Origin: Candidatus Bathyarchaeota archaeon
GTDB taxonomy: Archaea > Thermoproteota > Bathyarchaeia > Bathyarchaeales > Bathycorpusculaceae
Assembly (NCBI GenBank): GCA_963702095.1
Contig: OY969706.1
Coordinates: forward strand, 2,656,001 to 2,720,000
Length of the DNA: 64,000 nucleotides
Direction of reading: 5' to 3'
A program made the position numbers and the translations under genes. The notes beneath the pieces are model-generated. The model saw only the letters and a list, made by a program, of their open reading frames with translations. It did no database searches and was not told where the DNA came from. Positions 28,696-37,464 of this stretch are shown piece after piece (the stretch's first letter is position 1; each line of letters opens with the position of its first letter).

Positions 28696-29144
28696 ACGTA
28701 AAGAAAAATTTAGAGATGCGAATTAGAGGTTGGCTTCCAAAAGAGCCCAACTTCCAAAAAGGGCTACCGAGCAGAGGCACACTCAACAAGCGTGTGCTCG
28801 TTTGGCTTGCGGTTTCCTTCACGGTTTTCGTATTGGCGGTTGGGGGAGTGATTGTTTTTTTGTCGTGGTCTTCAGAGCAGGTTCTTGAAACCCTCAAGGG
28901 ATATTCTGCCAAACTGGAGGACGATGGCTTTACTGTTGAATCGAAGTCGCTTGCGGATTTTGGTGTGGAGTTTAAGCATGAGTGGTATTGGTTTGGGGAT
29001 TTCCGCAGTTTTGCCAAACAAGAAAACATTACAACCGTTTACTATGACCGAGAACTCAGTTGCCTGTACTATTTTACGCCGATTAGCCCCATCAACGCCA
29101 CGTTGGAGGCAAATATTCTCTACTACAACCATGTATGGGAGTGA
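28692..29144 (+). CDS. Array member 7 (1 TM plus extracytoplasmic domain)
   Basis: MNVKKNLEMRIRGWLPKEP; TTGA overlap. Confidence 0.8.
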   Translation: MNVKKNLEMRIRGWLPKEPNFQKGLPSRGTLNKRVLVWLAVSFTVFVLAVGGVIVFLSWSSEQVLETLKGYSAKLEDDGFTVESKSLADFGVEFKHEWYWFGDFRSFAKQENITTVYYDRELSCLYYFTPISPINATLEANILYYNHVWE

Positions 29145-29148
29145 TGGC

Positions 29149-29727
29149 ATGGACTTGAAGAGAGAACTTGAAAGACACATCCGAGGTTGGTTACCCAGCG
29201 AACCACACATAACATACGCCTCTAGAACGGTTAAGCCACGTTGGCACAGACCCAAATGGATAGCATTCACATTGGCAACCATCATTATCCTATCAAGCCT
29301 CGTGTTCGTTGGTGCAAGAACATACATACGTTACAGTAACCCCCAAGCGGACATTACCGCCAGTTACTTCGAAAAATCCCTCAACTGCACCACCGCAAAA
29401 GTAGGAGACACCGTTGAAGTGAGCACCCGAGTGGGCTGGCATGGCTATATACTGCCGGAATTCGAGCGTCAAGTCCAAATCGTCGACCCCTATCCAGAGG
29501 GCATCTTCATGCTGGTCGGCGGAAACAACACTTGGCAATACAGCGGTTACGGGGGAAGCGACCTATACCATTACCAACTAAAAGTCATCAACAGCAGTCA
29601 AGCATCCGTCGAATTGCCTAAACCCAAACTGTACCTAGACAACACTGAGGTACCGTTGAGCGGTGAGAGAGTGCAAGTAGAGCTCACCGGATGGGGTAGG
29701 CGGTTAGACTGGGGGGTTGGTTTCTGA
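29149..29727 (+). CDS. Array member 8 (1 TM plus Ig-like extracytoplasmic domain)
   Basis: MDLKRELERHIRGWLPSEP; true start ATG 29149. Confidence 0.8.
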   Translation: MDLKRELERHIRGWLPSEPHITYASRTVKPRWHRPKWIAFTLATIIILSSLVFVGARTYIRYSNPQADITASYFEKSLNCTTAKVGDTVEVSTRVGWHGYILPEFERQVQIVDPYPEGIFMLVGGNNTWQYSGYGGSDLYHYQLKVINSSQASVELPKPKLYLDNTEVPLSGERVQVELTGWGRRLDWGVGF

Positions 29728-29898
29728 GTGGAGTTTGCCGGCGGTTGCCCAGTTTTCGCGGGGGCTTTCATGTATTAGAATTGTGGTGGCTTGGCTGGGG
29801 ATGCCGATGTCGTCGAAGACTTTGGTTATTCCTTCAACTATTTTCTTCTTATTTTCAGGGGTCATTCCTGTCCATACGTTTACTTCTACAAAAGGCAT
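29704..29898 (-). CDS. 4-oxalocrotonate tautomerase-family protein
   Basis: Pro-1 (MPFVEV...), K..IV..IT, I.E.P.ENWA.AG. Confidence 0.88.
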   Translation of the reverse strand: MPFVEVNVWTGMTPENKKKIVEGITKVFDDIGIPSQATTILIHESPRENWATAGKLHSETNPPV

Positions 29899-29978
29899 GT
29901 AATTCACCGTAGATGGTAGAGGCGGTGGGGCGGATTAATTTTTCTTTTTCTTCTTAAGGCAGCTAAGCACCCACTTTT

Positions 29979-30278
29979 TTAAGGATAAATCGGATCTTTC
30001 ATTTCAAAGATTCGCTCATGACCCTTACTCTCTTTAGAAATCACGCCTAAAAGATGGAGCTCGTTTAAATTTTTGCTCTCAAACGCGCGGCAACGCTGTG
30101 TTATTAGGCTGACCTGTGTGGCGGTTCCTGACTCTATCTTCTGCAACGCCAAAAGAGTCGGCAACAGGCGAGTTGAAACTTGAATTTGCACCTGAGGCAT
30201 CTGGCTAACTTTAGCGTTGAGCCCTTCAACCTCTCGTATAAGTTTAGTTAAAGTAGCTCTTATTTCAGCGTCCTTCAC
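29979..30278 (-). CDS. Small coiled-coil plus winged-helix regulator
   Basis: TA.QVS..T.R.RA.ES..LN.L...G.I.K...G. Confidence 0.7.
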   Translation of the reverse strand: MKDAEIRATLTKLIREVEGLNAKVSQMPQVQIQVSTRLLPTLLALQKIESGTATQVSLITQRCRAFESKNLNELHLLGVISKESKGHERIFEMKDPIYP

Positions 30279-30395
30279 TTTGCCCCACCATTGACCTTCT
30301 AGAAAAAGCTCATGGACTTGTTTGAATGGTTAGAAGATAATACTTCATATAAGGCTATGTTTGCACGATTGCGCTGTCACAAATAGACTTTTTTG

Positions 30396-30428
30396 GTGTA
30401 CTTTTGAGTGTGCTTTTGTGTGCTTTTG
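30396..30428. promoter_or_regulatory. Three direct repeats GTGTRCTTTTG in a divergent promoter
   Basis: Copies start at 30396, 30408 and 30418. Confidence 0.4.
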
Positions 30429-30476
30429 TGGTTCACATGACTGCCAACAGCTAAAAGAACCCCTGTAAACCTCATA

Positions 30477-30935
30477 GTGGAGGATTTTAGTCTGAAGAAA
30501 AAAATAGCGATTGCAGCTGCCATTATCTTATCGTTCATAATCATGGCAGCAGGAACCTATGCGGTGCTTCTGGTTTCCAGAACTGTTCCGTCCACGGGCA
30601 GAATAACAACCATTAACGTGGGCGTTTATGGGGACAGCGCGGCAACCCAAGCATTAACCTCCATCGATTGGGGCAATTTAACAGCTGGAACCTCAACGAC
30701 CTATTCATTCTACATCAAGAACCCTGGCAACATCCGAGAGACACTCAGCATGTCAACAAGTGGATGGACTCCCGCGACGGCTTCGCAGTACATAACAATA
30801 ACGTGGGACCGCACCAACACAGCTTTGAATCCAAACGAAGTGATAATGGCTACATTAACGCTAACTGTCAATGCATCTATAGACACAAGCATAACAACGT
30901 TCAGCAACAACATTACTATAACTGGAACAGGCTAA
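30477..30935 (+). CDS. Secreted/surface Thr-rich beta protein with signal peptide
   Basis: KKK plus hydrophobic N-terminus; SIDWG.L..G, Y.KN.GN. Confidence 0.75.
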   Translation: MEDFSLKKKIAIAAAIILSFIIMAAGTYAVLLVSRTVPSTGRITTINVGVYGDSAATQALTSIDWGNLTAGTSTTYSFYIKNPGNIRETLSMSTSGWTPATASQYITITWDRTNTALNPNEVIMATLTLTVNASIDTSITTFSNNITITGTG

Positions 30936-31312
30936 TCACTGATGTCATCCTCGATGTCCATGGCTTCACGAATCAACTCAACTTCACGCACAGTCAACGG
31001 CTTATTAGTGGCTTTCAAAACTAAGCGCTCTTGCCAACCACAATCGGGACATTCATAGCTGGGCGGTAACATCCCAAGATGCCCCCACATGTCCCCGCCA
31101 ATGCTTTTCGCCCGACGAACTCTGGGGCTTTTACATTTAGGGCAAACCTGAATGTCTAAGCGGACACCCTGCTTTTCTAGTTCGTCAAGAGCTTGCGTGA
31201 CTTCAGCGGCATTTTGAACTGCGGTTTCTGCCTCAATCTGCTCCAGCATGGAGATTTTTTGTTTCCTTCTTTTTTTAGTCTGCACCTGTGTATCAGTCAA
31301 TCCTATGCACAC
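30932..31312 (-). CDS. Zinc-ribbon protein
   Basis: CPKC...YECPDCGW; start uncertain. Confidence 0.7.
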   Translation of the reverse strand: MCIGLTDTQVQTKKRRKQKISMLEQIEAETAVQNAAEVTQALDELEKQGVRLDIQVCPKCKSPRVRRAKSIGGDMWGHLGMLPPSYECPDCGWQERLVLKATNKPLTVREVELIREAMDIEDDISD

Positions 31313-31431
31313 TCTGTATGCTTGAATAGTAGCTGCATAAAGTTAGGTTTTCTGGTACACGGGTTTACTTTAGTACAGTGGTTTACAGAATACGATAAAT
31401 AGTTGCAGGGCAAACGTTTTGGGGATAACAA

Positions 31432-32070
31432 TTGAACCGAAAAGTTGCCCTAACCATTCTGCTTGCGTTATTGGCGGTTTCCATCTGCTTTACGACAACC
31501 GCAACATCTAACACGCACCTGCCCTTTATGATCCAAAGCCGCCATATGGAGCAGCTATCAGCAGTCGTCCCCGCCATAGTCGGCGCAGGCTTAAACGGCA
31601 ACACCGCAAACCCATTGGACCAACCCACAAGACTCCAAATATACAACTACATAAAAGAAAACCCCGGCGTGCATTTCAGGGGCATATGCAACGGCTTAAG
31701 CTTATCCGTCGGCGTCGTCCAGTACCACCTAATCGTGCTGGAGCATGCTGGCTTGATTAACAGTTTCACTGACGGGCAAAACAAGAGATTCTTTGAGCAC
31801 ACCGCGTTTAAAGCAACAGATGCTAAACTGACTTCGCTGATGCACCATGATACCGCCGCCAAAATCCTAACAACGCTGGCTCGAAATGATACGGTTCTCC
31901 ACAGGGATTTGGCTTGCAGTGTAGGAATATCATCACAAGCTCTGTCTTGGCAGATGAACCAGCTTAAAAACACCGGTTTAGTCAACGCTGAAAAGGTAGG
32001 CGTCAACGTTAGGTACTGCTTCAATGATGAAGCGGCAAGGCAACTTGTTCTCAAACTATCAAACAATTAA
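31432..32070 (+). CDS. Membrane-anchored double winged-helix regulator (COG3398-like)
   Basis: N-terminal hydrophobic segment; R..IY.YI..NPG.HF......L.....QYHL..L; second HTH. Confidence 0.8.
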   Translation: MNRKVALTILLALLAVSICFTTTATSNTHLPFMIQSRHMEQLSAVVPAIVGAGLNGNTANPLDQPTRLQIYNYIKENPGVHFRGICNGLSLSVGVVQYHLIVLEHAGLINSFTDGQNKRFFEHTAFKATDAKLTSLMHHDTAAKILTTLARNDTVLHRDLACSVGISSQALSWQMNQLKNTGLVNAEKVGVNVRYCFNDEAARQLVLKLSNN

Positions 32071-32165
32071 AAAAACCGATAGACCACGCAGTGAGCTTCC
32101 GAGACAGCAATCAAGATGGATAAGCGTTAAATCTTATGGGTAGAGAACTTATCTGGTGAAGCTTA

Positions 32166-32369
32166 GTGGTTAATGTGGCTTTGATGTTGGCTGGGTTTAT
32201 TGTGGTTGCATTGGGCGTACTGGCTGGGGCTTATTTGATTTTTGGGAGGCATCGAGGCACCCTCATGTTTAAGCCTCTTTCTGTGAAATCTAATTTAGCT
32301 GGCAACATCCCCTTCGCCCTAGGAGCATTAGGAATCGCTCTTGTCGCCGCAGGCTGGATTATGCCATAA
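32166..32369 (+). CDS. Small 2-TM membrane protein
   Basis: Two hydrophobic helices; promoter-like spacing upstream. Confidence 0.55.
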   Translation: MVNVALMLAGFIVVALGVLAGAYLIFGRHRGTLMFKPLSVKSNLAGNIPFALGALGIALVAAGWIMP

Positions 32370-32399
32370 AAAATCAGTTGTTGCATGTAACAGCTTTCC

Positions 32400-32540
32400 A
32401 GCAGGTTTGTTTTTCTTGTATTAGAAGAGGAGAGGACCGCCCTTATTCATCATCTTTCTGTGGGCTGGGCTGTGGCGCCAATTTTGTGTTCTGCCTCAGT
32501 GCTGGGTTGCAGGGTGGTTGTGGAGGATTCTACAGGCTGA
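32400..32540 (+). repeat. Dispersed repeat copy D
   Basis: TTAGAAGAGG...CGCCCTTATTCATCATCTT...GGTTGCAGGGTGGTTGTGG. Confidence 0.7.
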
Positions 32541-32587
32541 AGGAATGCATCTCAAAAAGGGGCTCGATTGTCTATAAAAGAAGTCAC

Positions 32588-32634
32588 TGGTATTGAGGGT
32601 GGGTTTTAAACCCGTGAACCCTGCGGGGATAAGA
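32588..32634 (-). repeat. Degenerate duplicate of the tRNA-Leu 3' half (att-like site)
   Basis: TGGTATTGAGGGTGGGTTTTAAACCCGTGAACCCTGCGGGGATAAGA versus tRNA TGGTGCGGAGGGTGGGATTTGGACCCACGAACCCCTGCGGGATAAGA. Confidence 0.75.
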
Positions 32635-32635
32635 A

Positions 32636-32773
32636 ATGAATGCCAAAAGCCACGACGAAGTCATAAAAAAGCTACTCACCGAACGGAAAAAAATCCCCTG
32701 CTCCATGTTCGGTTCAAACCGCAAACTTACATCTTTCACAGAAGAGGACCGGGCAGAGTTCCATGAGCTGTAA
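32636..32773 (+). pseudogene. VapB-type antitoxin, probably N-terminally truncated
   Basis: MNAKSHDEVIKKLL...SMFGS...FTEEDRAEFHEL, overlapping the PIN gene start. Confidence 0.6.
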
Positions 32774-33173
32774 CTTCGTAATCGACACTTACGCCTGGAT
32801 TGAGTATTTTAAAGCTTCAGAAATGGGCGAAACTGCAAAGGAATACATAGAAAGCGAGGGTGCAGTAACGCCGACGATTGTGGTGTCAGAAATTAGCCGA
32901 AAACTGGTAAAAGACATTGTGCTTGGGAATGAAACGCATGAAGGGCGACTACGACGGCTTGAGTTCATAAGGGCATCAAGCAGGATAGTGGAGTTGGATT
33001 TTGAAACCGCGGTGGAAGCTGGCAAAATCAGTGAAGAACTCAGCGATCAAGCGAAGGGAGGGGGTTTGGCGGATTCAATTATACTTTGCATTGCCAGAGG
33101 CTTAAACGGAAAAGTGGTCACTGGCGACGAGCATTTCCGTAAATTAGATAACGTAGTTTTTATCAAAAAATAA
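32763..33173 (+). CDS. vapC: PIN-domain VapC toxin
   Basis: VIDTYAWIEY, SEI, LADSII..A and VTGDEHF. Confidence 0.9.
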   Translation: MSCNFVIDTYAWIEYFKASEMGETAKEYIESEGAVTPTIVVSEISRKLVKDIVLGNETHEGRLRRLEFIRASSRIVELDFETAVEAGKISEELSDQAKGGGLADSIILCIARGLNGKVVTGDEHFRKLDNVVFIKK

Positions 33174-33199
33174 CCGCCTTGCCAATTGAACATGCTGTT

Positions 33200-33320
33200 G
33201 CGGTCTCCACAACCAGCCAGCAACCCACCACAGACGCAGACGCCAAAATCCAACTCATAACACAAAGCATTGGTTGTTGTTGTGTATAGGGACTTTTCGG
33301 CAACAACTTCTATAGAAGAA
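33200..33320 (-). repeat. Dispersed repeat copy E
   Basis: CCACAACCAGCCAGCAACC...CGCAGACGCCAA shared with copy B; GTTGTTGTGTATAGG...CAACAAC shared with copy G. Confidence 0.7.
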
Positions 33321-33327
33321 AGGGGTT

Positions 33328-33415
33328 TGGTGCGGAGGGTGGGATTTGGACCCACGAACCCCTGCGGGATAAGAGCCTCAGTCTTACGCCTTTGACCATG
33401 CTTGGCGACCTCCGC
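33328..33415 (-). tRNA. tRNA-Leu(GAG), CCA encoded, intronless
   Basis: GCGGAGG acceptor stem, anticodon arm TAAGA-CTGAGGC-TCTTA, long variable arm, ends ACCA. Confidence 0.93.
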
Positions 33416-33716
33416 TAAACTACTACCATTTGAGGCTGCGCGGAGATATAGAAACATCTAGCCCAAATAAAGGCTTTACCGTAGAACAACGCCACTTAAC
33501 GATGAAGCCTTCGTCGAGTCCCATGTTTTTGAGGGCAAAAGAGTTTGCCCAACCGAAAAGTTGGGTTTAATTGATCAATCCTGTGCTAGCTACGGGCCGA
33601 TGCTTTTGGACCCGCATTAACGGTCACTATGTTTATTCTGCCGTGGCTGAATCATATGGTGGAAAAACAACACGTATTCCAAAAGGAATAAAACCACAGG
33701 GTACCCATTACTCATC

Positions 33717-34271
33717 GTGTTTCCAACCCTCGAAGACATAGCCAAACGCCGACGCCAACTCGGCCTAAAACAGTCCGAACTCGCCAAAGCCGCAAGCGTA
33801 AGCCAATCCCTCATAGCCAAACTCGAAGCAGGAACCATCGACTCATCCTACAGCAAAGTAAAAACCATCTTCGACGTACTCGAACGCTTAGAATTCAAAA
33901 CCAAAATCCAAGCAGAAAAAGTCATCCATAGCGAAGTTATAAGCGTCCAAAAAGAAGAGCATATCTCAGAAGTCGTCAAAGTCATGAAGGAACACGGTAT
34001 CTCGCAGATGCCGGTTTTTGATGGAAAACAATCCGTCGGCAGCATCTCTGAGAAAGCGATTCTTTACCAGATTTTGGCTGGCCAGGATTTAGAGGTGATT
34101 TCTAGGCAACCCGCGGAGAAGATTATGGAGGATCCTTTTCCCCAGATTAACGAGAACGCGCCGTTGTCTTTGATTACGAGTTTGTTGCAGAGTTATTCGG
34201 CGGTTCTGGTTTCTAGGAAAGGCGAGATTGTGGGGATTATTACGAAGGCTGACTTGCTTAGGATACTTTGA
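33717..34271 (+). CDS. XRE-HTH plus CBS-pair transcriptional regulator
   Basis: RR.LGL.Q.ELA..A.VSQS.IAKLE.G; two CBS domains. Confidence 0.9.
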   Translation: MFPTLEDIAKRRRQLGLKQSELAKAASVSQSLIAKLEAGTIDSSYSKVKTIFDVLERLEFKTKIQAEKVIHSEVISVQKEEHISEVVKVMKEHGISQMPVFDGKQSVGSISEKAILYQILAGQDLEVISRQPAEKIMEDPFPQINENAPLSLITSLLQSYSAVLVSRKGEIVGIITKADLLRIL

Positions 34272-34419
34272 GGGCATTTTTTAAGTATGACTCCACTCTA
34301 CCGTGTATTGTTATGGTGCTTTTCTTTTGCGCGCCCAAAGAACGTGGTCTACGGGGCAACTGGAGGGCACCGAAAGATAGGCGCCAACTGTACCGGCGCA
34401 TTGAGAAGCGTGTGGCAAC

Positions 34420-35343
34420 ATGAAAATAAACAATACAGTGTTAGATACAATAGGCAAAACACCACTTGTAAAAATAAACAAGCTAACCGAAGGCATAGAC
34501 GCCGCCATAGTTGGCAAACTTGAATCCAAAAACCCCGGCGGAAGCGTCAAAGACCGCGTATGCAAAAGCATGATTGATGAAGCTGAAAAGCAGGGCATCA
34601 TAAAACCCGGCGCAACCCTTATCGAACCCACATCAGGCAACACAGGCATCGGACTCGCCATGGTCGCAGCCGTCAAGGGCTACAAGCTCATCTTAACCAT
34701 GCCTGAAACCATGAGCTTAGAACGCCGCAACCTCCTAAAAGCTTATGGAGCACAACTTGTCCTGACACCGGGACCATACGGAATGGGAGGCGCCATCAAA
34801 AGAGCCGAAGAACTCGTTGCCGCCACACCAGATAGCTTTATGCCGCAGCAATTCAAAAACCTTGCCAACCCCAAAGTCCACCGGGAAACCACTGGACCCG
34901 AAATCTGGGAAGACACCGACGGCAAAGTCGACATACTCGTAGCAGGCGTCGGCACAGGCGGAACCATCACAGGCGTTGCACAGTACATAAAACCCAAGAA
35001 ACCGGCTTTCAAAGCTATAGCTGTTGAACCTGCGGGTTCTCCAGTGCTTAGCGGAGGCAAAAAGGGCGCCCACATAATACAGGGCATCGGTGCGGGCTTC
35101 AAACCGGATGTTTTGCAGATGGAGCTTGTGGATGAAGTTGTGGAGGTAACCGATGAAGATGCACTTAAGACTGCTAGGGCGCTTGCGCAGAAAGAAGGTT
35201 TACTGGTGGGTATTTCTGCTGGCGCAGCGACTTGGGCAGCGCTGGAAGTTGCAAAGCGCCCGATAAACAAGGGCAAACTAATCGTGGTTATCCTGCCAGA
35301 TACAGGCGAACGCTACCTCAGCACGCCGCTTTTCAAAGAGTAG
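34420..35343 (+). CDS. cysK: Cysteine synthase A
   Basis: [25 protein letters not shown] and PDTGERYLS. Confidence 0.96.
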   Translation: MKINNTVLDTIGKTPLVKINKLTEGIDAAIVGKLESKNPGGSVKDRVCKSMIDEAEKQGIIKPGATLIEPTSGNTGIGLAMVAAVKGYKLILTMPETMSLERRNLLKAYGAQLVLTPGPYGMGGAIKRAEELVAATPDSFMPQQFKNLANPKVHRETTGPEIWEDTDGKVDILVAGVGTGGTITGVAQYIKPKKPAFKAIAVEPAGSPVLSGGKKGAHIIQGIGAGFKPDVLQMELVDEVVEVTDEDALKTARALAQKEGLLVGISAGAATWAALEVAKRPINKGKLIVVILPDTGERYLSTPLFKE

Positions 35344-35426
35344 GCGCATCTTCTAACATTTAACCATTTTTTTGTGACGCTTCTCTTATATCCACCCTCA
35401 GCCAATATTGAGGAAAGGGAAAAGAC

Positions 35427-36473
35427 ATGACTTCAAACCCCAACGAGCATCGACCAAAAGACTGCACTGAATGCTGCGAAAAAAACAGGGACCTTGACTG
35501 CTGGAACCCAGACCGCATGCTAGAAGTACTTATGAAAAACAACCATAATGTGGAGCGGGACTGGATGGTGCAAGGCATCCCCAAACTGGTAGACGACATA
35601 CTGGTCAGCTACGAAAGGTTCGGCAGCATGGAGCATATTGAAGGACGCGACCTTCCCTCCAAAAAAGTCGTCATAGAAGTATTAGACGACCTCTTCACTG
35701 TTCTTTTCCCAGGTTACATGGGGCCTCCTGAACTCACCCAAGCCAACGTCAAATACCATTTGGGCACAAAAATAACCTCAATCTACACGCGACTAACCGA
35801 CGAAGTAGAAAAAAGCCTAAAGTACATCTGCAGAAAAATCAGCGAGTGCCCACAGGACATATGCCAAAAACGTGCCCATGTCGTGGCGCGGGAACTGCTT
35901 GAAAAGCTGCCGGAGATTCGAGCTAAACTCAGCGGCGACATCGAAGCAGCCTACAGCGGTGACCCAGCGGCGGTCAGCACAGACGAAGTCATCTTAAGCT
36001 ACCCCTGTGTACTTGCAATAACCACTTACAGATTAGCCCATGAACTCTACCTTGAAGGCGTACCCTTGATCCCACGCATCATGAGCGAACACATGCATTC
36101 CTTAACAGGTATCGACATTCACCCGGGCGCGAAAATAGGCAAAAACTTCTTCATCGACCACGGGACAGGCGTGGTCATCGGCGAAACCACAGAAATAGGC
36201 GACAACGTCAAACTCTACCAAGGCGTCACGTTGGGCGCATTGAGTTTTCCAAAAGACGAAAAAGGCAATATTATCAAAGGCCGCAAACGCCACCCAACCG
36301 TGGGTAACAACGTCGTCATTTACTCTGGCGCAACCCTGCTTGGAGCAGAAACCGTGATCGGGGACAACGTCGTCATAGGAGGCAATGTCTGGCTGACGGG
36401 TCCTGTTGCTGCGGGAACAAGGATTACCATTGCAGAGCCTGAACAGAAGTATAAGATGGAAAACCACCACTAA
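35427..36473 (+). CDS. cysE: Serine O-acetyltransferase (long N-terminal type)
   Basis: [26 protein letters not shown] and KRHPT. Confidence 0.93.
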   Translation: MTSNPNEHRPKDCTECCEKNRDLDCWNPDRMLEVLMKNNHNVERDWMVQGIPKLVDDILVSYERFGSMEHIEGRDLPSKKVVIEVLDDLFTVLFPGYMGPPELTQANVKYHLGTKITSIYTRLTDEVEKSLKYICRKISECPQDICQKRAHVVARELLEKLPEIRAKLSGDIEAAYSGDPAAVSTDEVILSYPCVLAITTYRLAHELYLEGVPLIPRIMSEHMHSLTGIDIHPGAKIGKNFFIDHGTGVVIGETTEIGDNVKLYQGVTLGALSFPKDEKGNIIKGRKRHPTVGNNVVIYSGATLLGAETVIGDNVVIGGNVWLTGPVAAGTRITIAEPEQKYKMENHH

Positions 36474-36589
36474 GCTAAAAGTTACGTGGGCGGTTCCTCT
36501 TTAATCTGTCCTTGAATGTTTTTGTGAGAGGATTCTTTTCTTTCTTTATGTGGTGTGGCGTTTTGTGGGGTGCCACAAGACTGCAATTG

Positions 36590-36788
36590 GGCGCGGTTGC
36601 TTTTTGGGGTTACAATGGTTTTTGGCGTCTGTTACGGTGTGAGATAAGCGTTTTTCGCCACACGCCCAACATGGCTCTATGTTGAAGCCGCCCCCGTGTG
36701 GATGTGAAGGCATGCACCATCCGGATTAACTCCGCAAGCCCCAACACGGGGAGAGTTCAATCAACAAAAAATCTTTGATCTACTGTTA
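36590..36788 (+). repeat. Dispersed repeat copy F (extended type, with right inverted end)
   Basis: Module shared with copy C; ends TTTGATCTACTGTTA, the reverse complement of TAACAGTAGATCAAA. Confidence 0.72.
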
Positions 36789-36816
36789 TTGAAGAAAAAT
36801 ACAGAAATAAGAGGAC

Positions 36817-37260
36817 TTAGAGTAGCCGAAAGTTTTCTTTAACCGTCGTCAACACTACATGCGTGTTTGTTCGCTCGATATAGGGCAGTGAAAGCAACTT
36901 CTTTGTGAATGCGCCTAGGTCTTCTCGACTCTTGAATTTGGCGACGATTATGGCGTCGGTTAATCCCGTGACATCGTAGACTCCGCAGACATTGGGGATT
37001 TTTGCGATTTCAGTTTCTGTCTCCATTAGTTTGCCTTTTGAAACGGTGATTTCAGTTAAAACGGTTAATTGGAAACCCAGTTTTTCATGGTCCAATATGA
37101 CTGAGTAACCTTTGATTAAGCCGTCGTCTTCCATTTTTTTGATTCTGGATAGGACGGTTCCCACGGATACGCCGACGTTTTTGGCGATTTGGCGGCTGGA
37201 GAACCTGGCGTCTTCTAGGAGCCCCTTGAGAATTTTTACGTCTGTTTCGTTTAATTCCAT
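36817..37260 (-). CDS. Lrp/AsnC transcriptional regulator
   Basis: D.KIL..L.EDAR...RI..M...G.IKGY; YDVTG..D. Confidence 0.92.
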   Translation of the reverse strand: MELNETDVKILKGLLEDARFSSRQIAKNVGVSVGTVLSRIKKMEDDGLIKGYSVILDHEKLGFQLTVLTEITVSKGKLMETETEIAKIPNVCGVYDVTGLTDAIIVAKFKSREDLGAFTKKLLSLPYIERTNTHVVLTTVKENFRLL

Positions 37261-37464
37261 AACTTGTTTCCTGCACGTTCTTTCAATTTAGCCCCACTTT
37301 ATGGAACATACTTTTGATAATCTGTCGATAACGTTAATAAAAGTTTAGTTTGCAACCGCCGATAACGTCCCCTAAAAAGGCAAAGATGCATCAAGCTGCA
37401 TTCTCAAAACGTAGATAGTAATCTTAAATTAGACCTAAAGCCACCAATAGTTCTGAGCCGCACT

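Noticed and set aside
28852-29148. N-terminal extension of the 291-aa ORF
   Set aside because: Overlaps member 7 out of frame; the motif position places the start at ATG 29149.
25021-29727. Array as CRISPR, integron or DGR
   Set aside because: Repeats are coding with synonymous variation and irregular spacing; there is no room for attC sites; no integrase, reverse transcriptase, cas gene or template repeat is seen.
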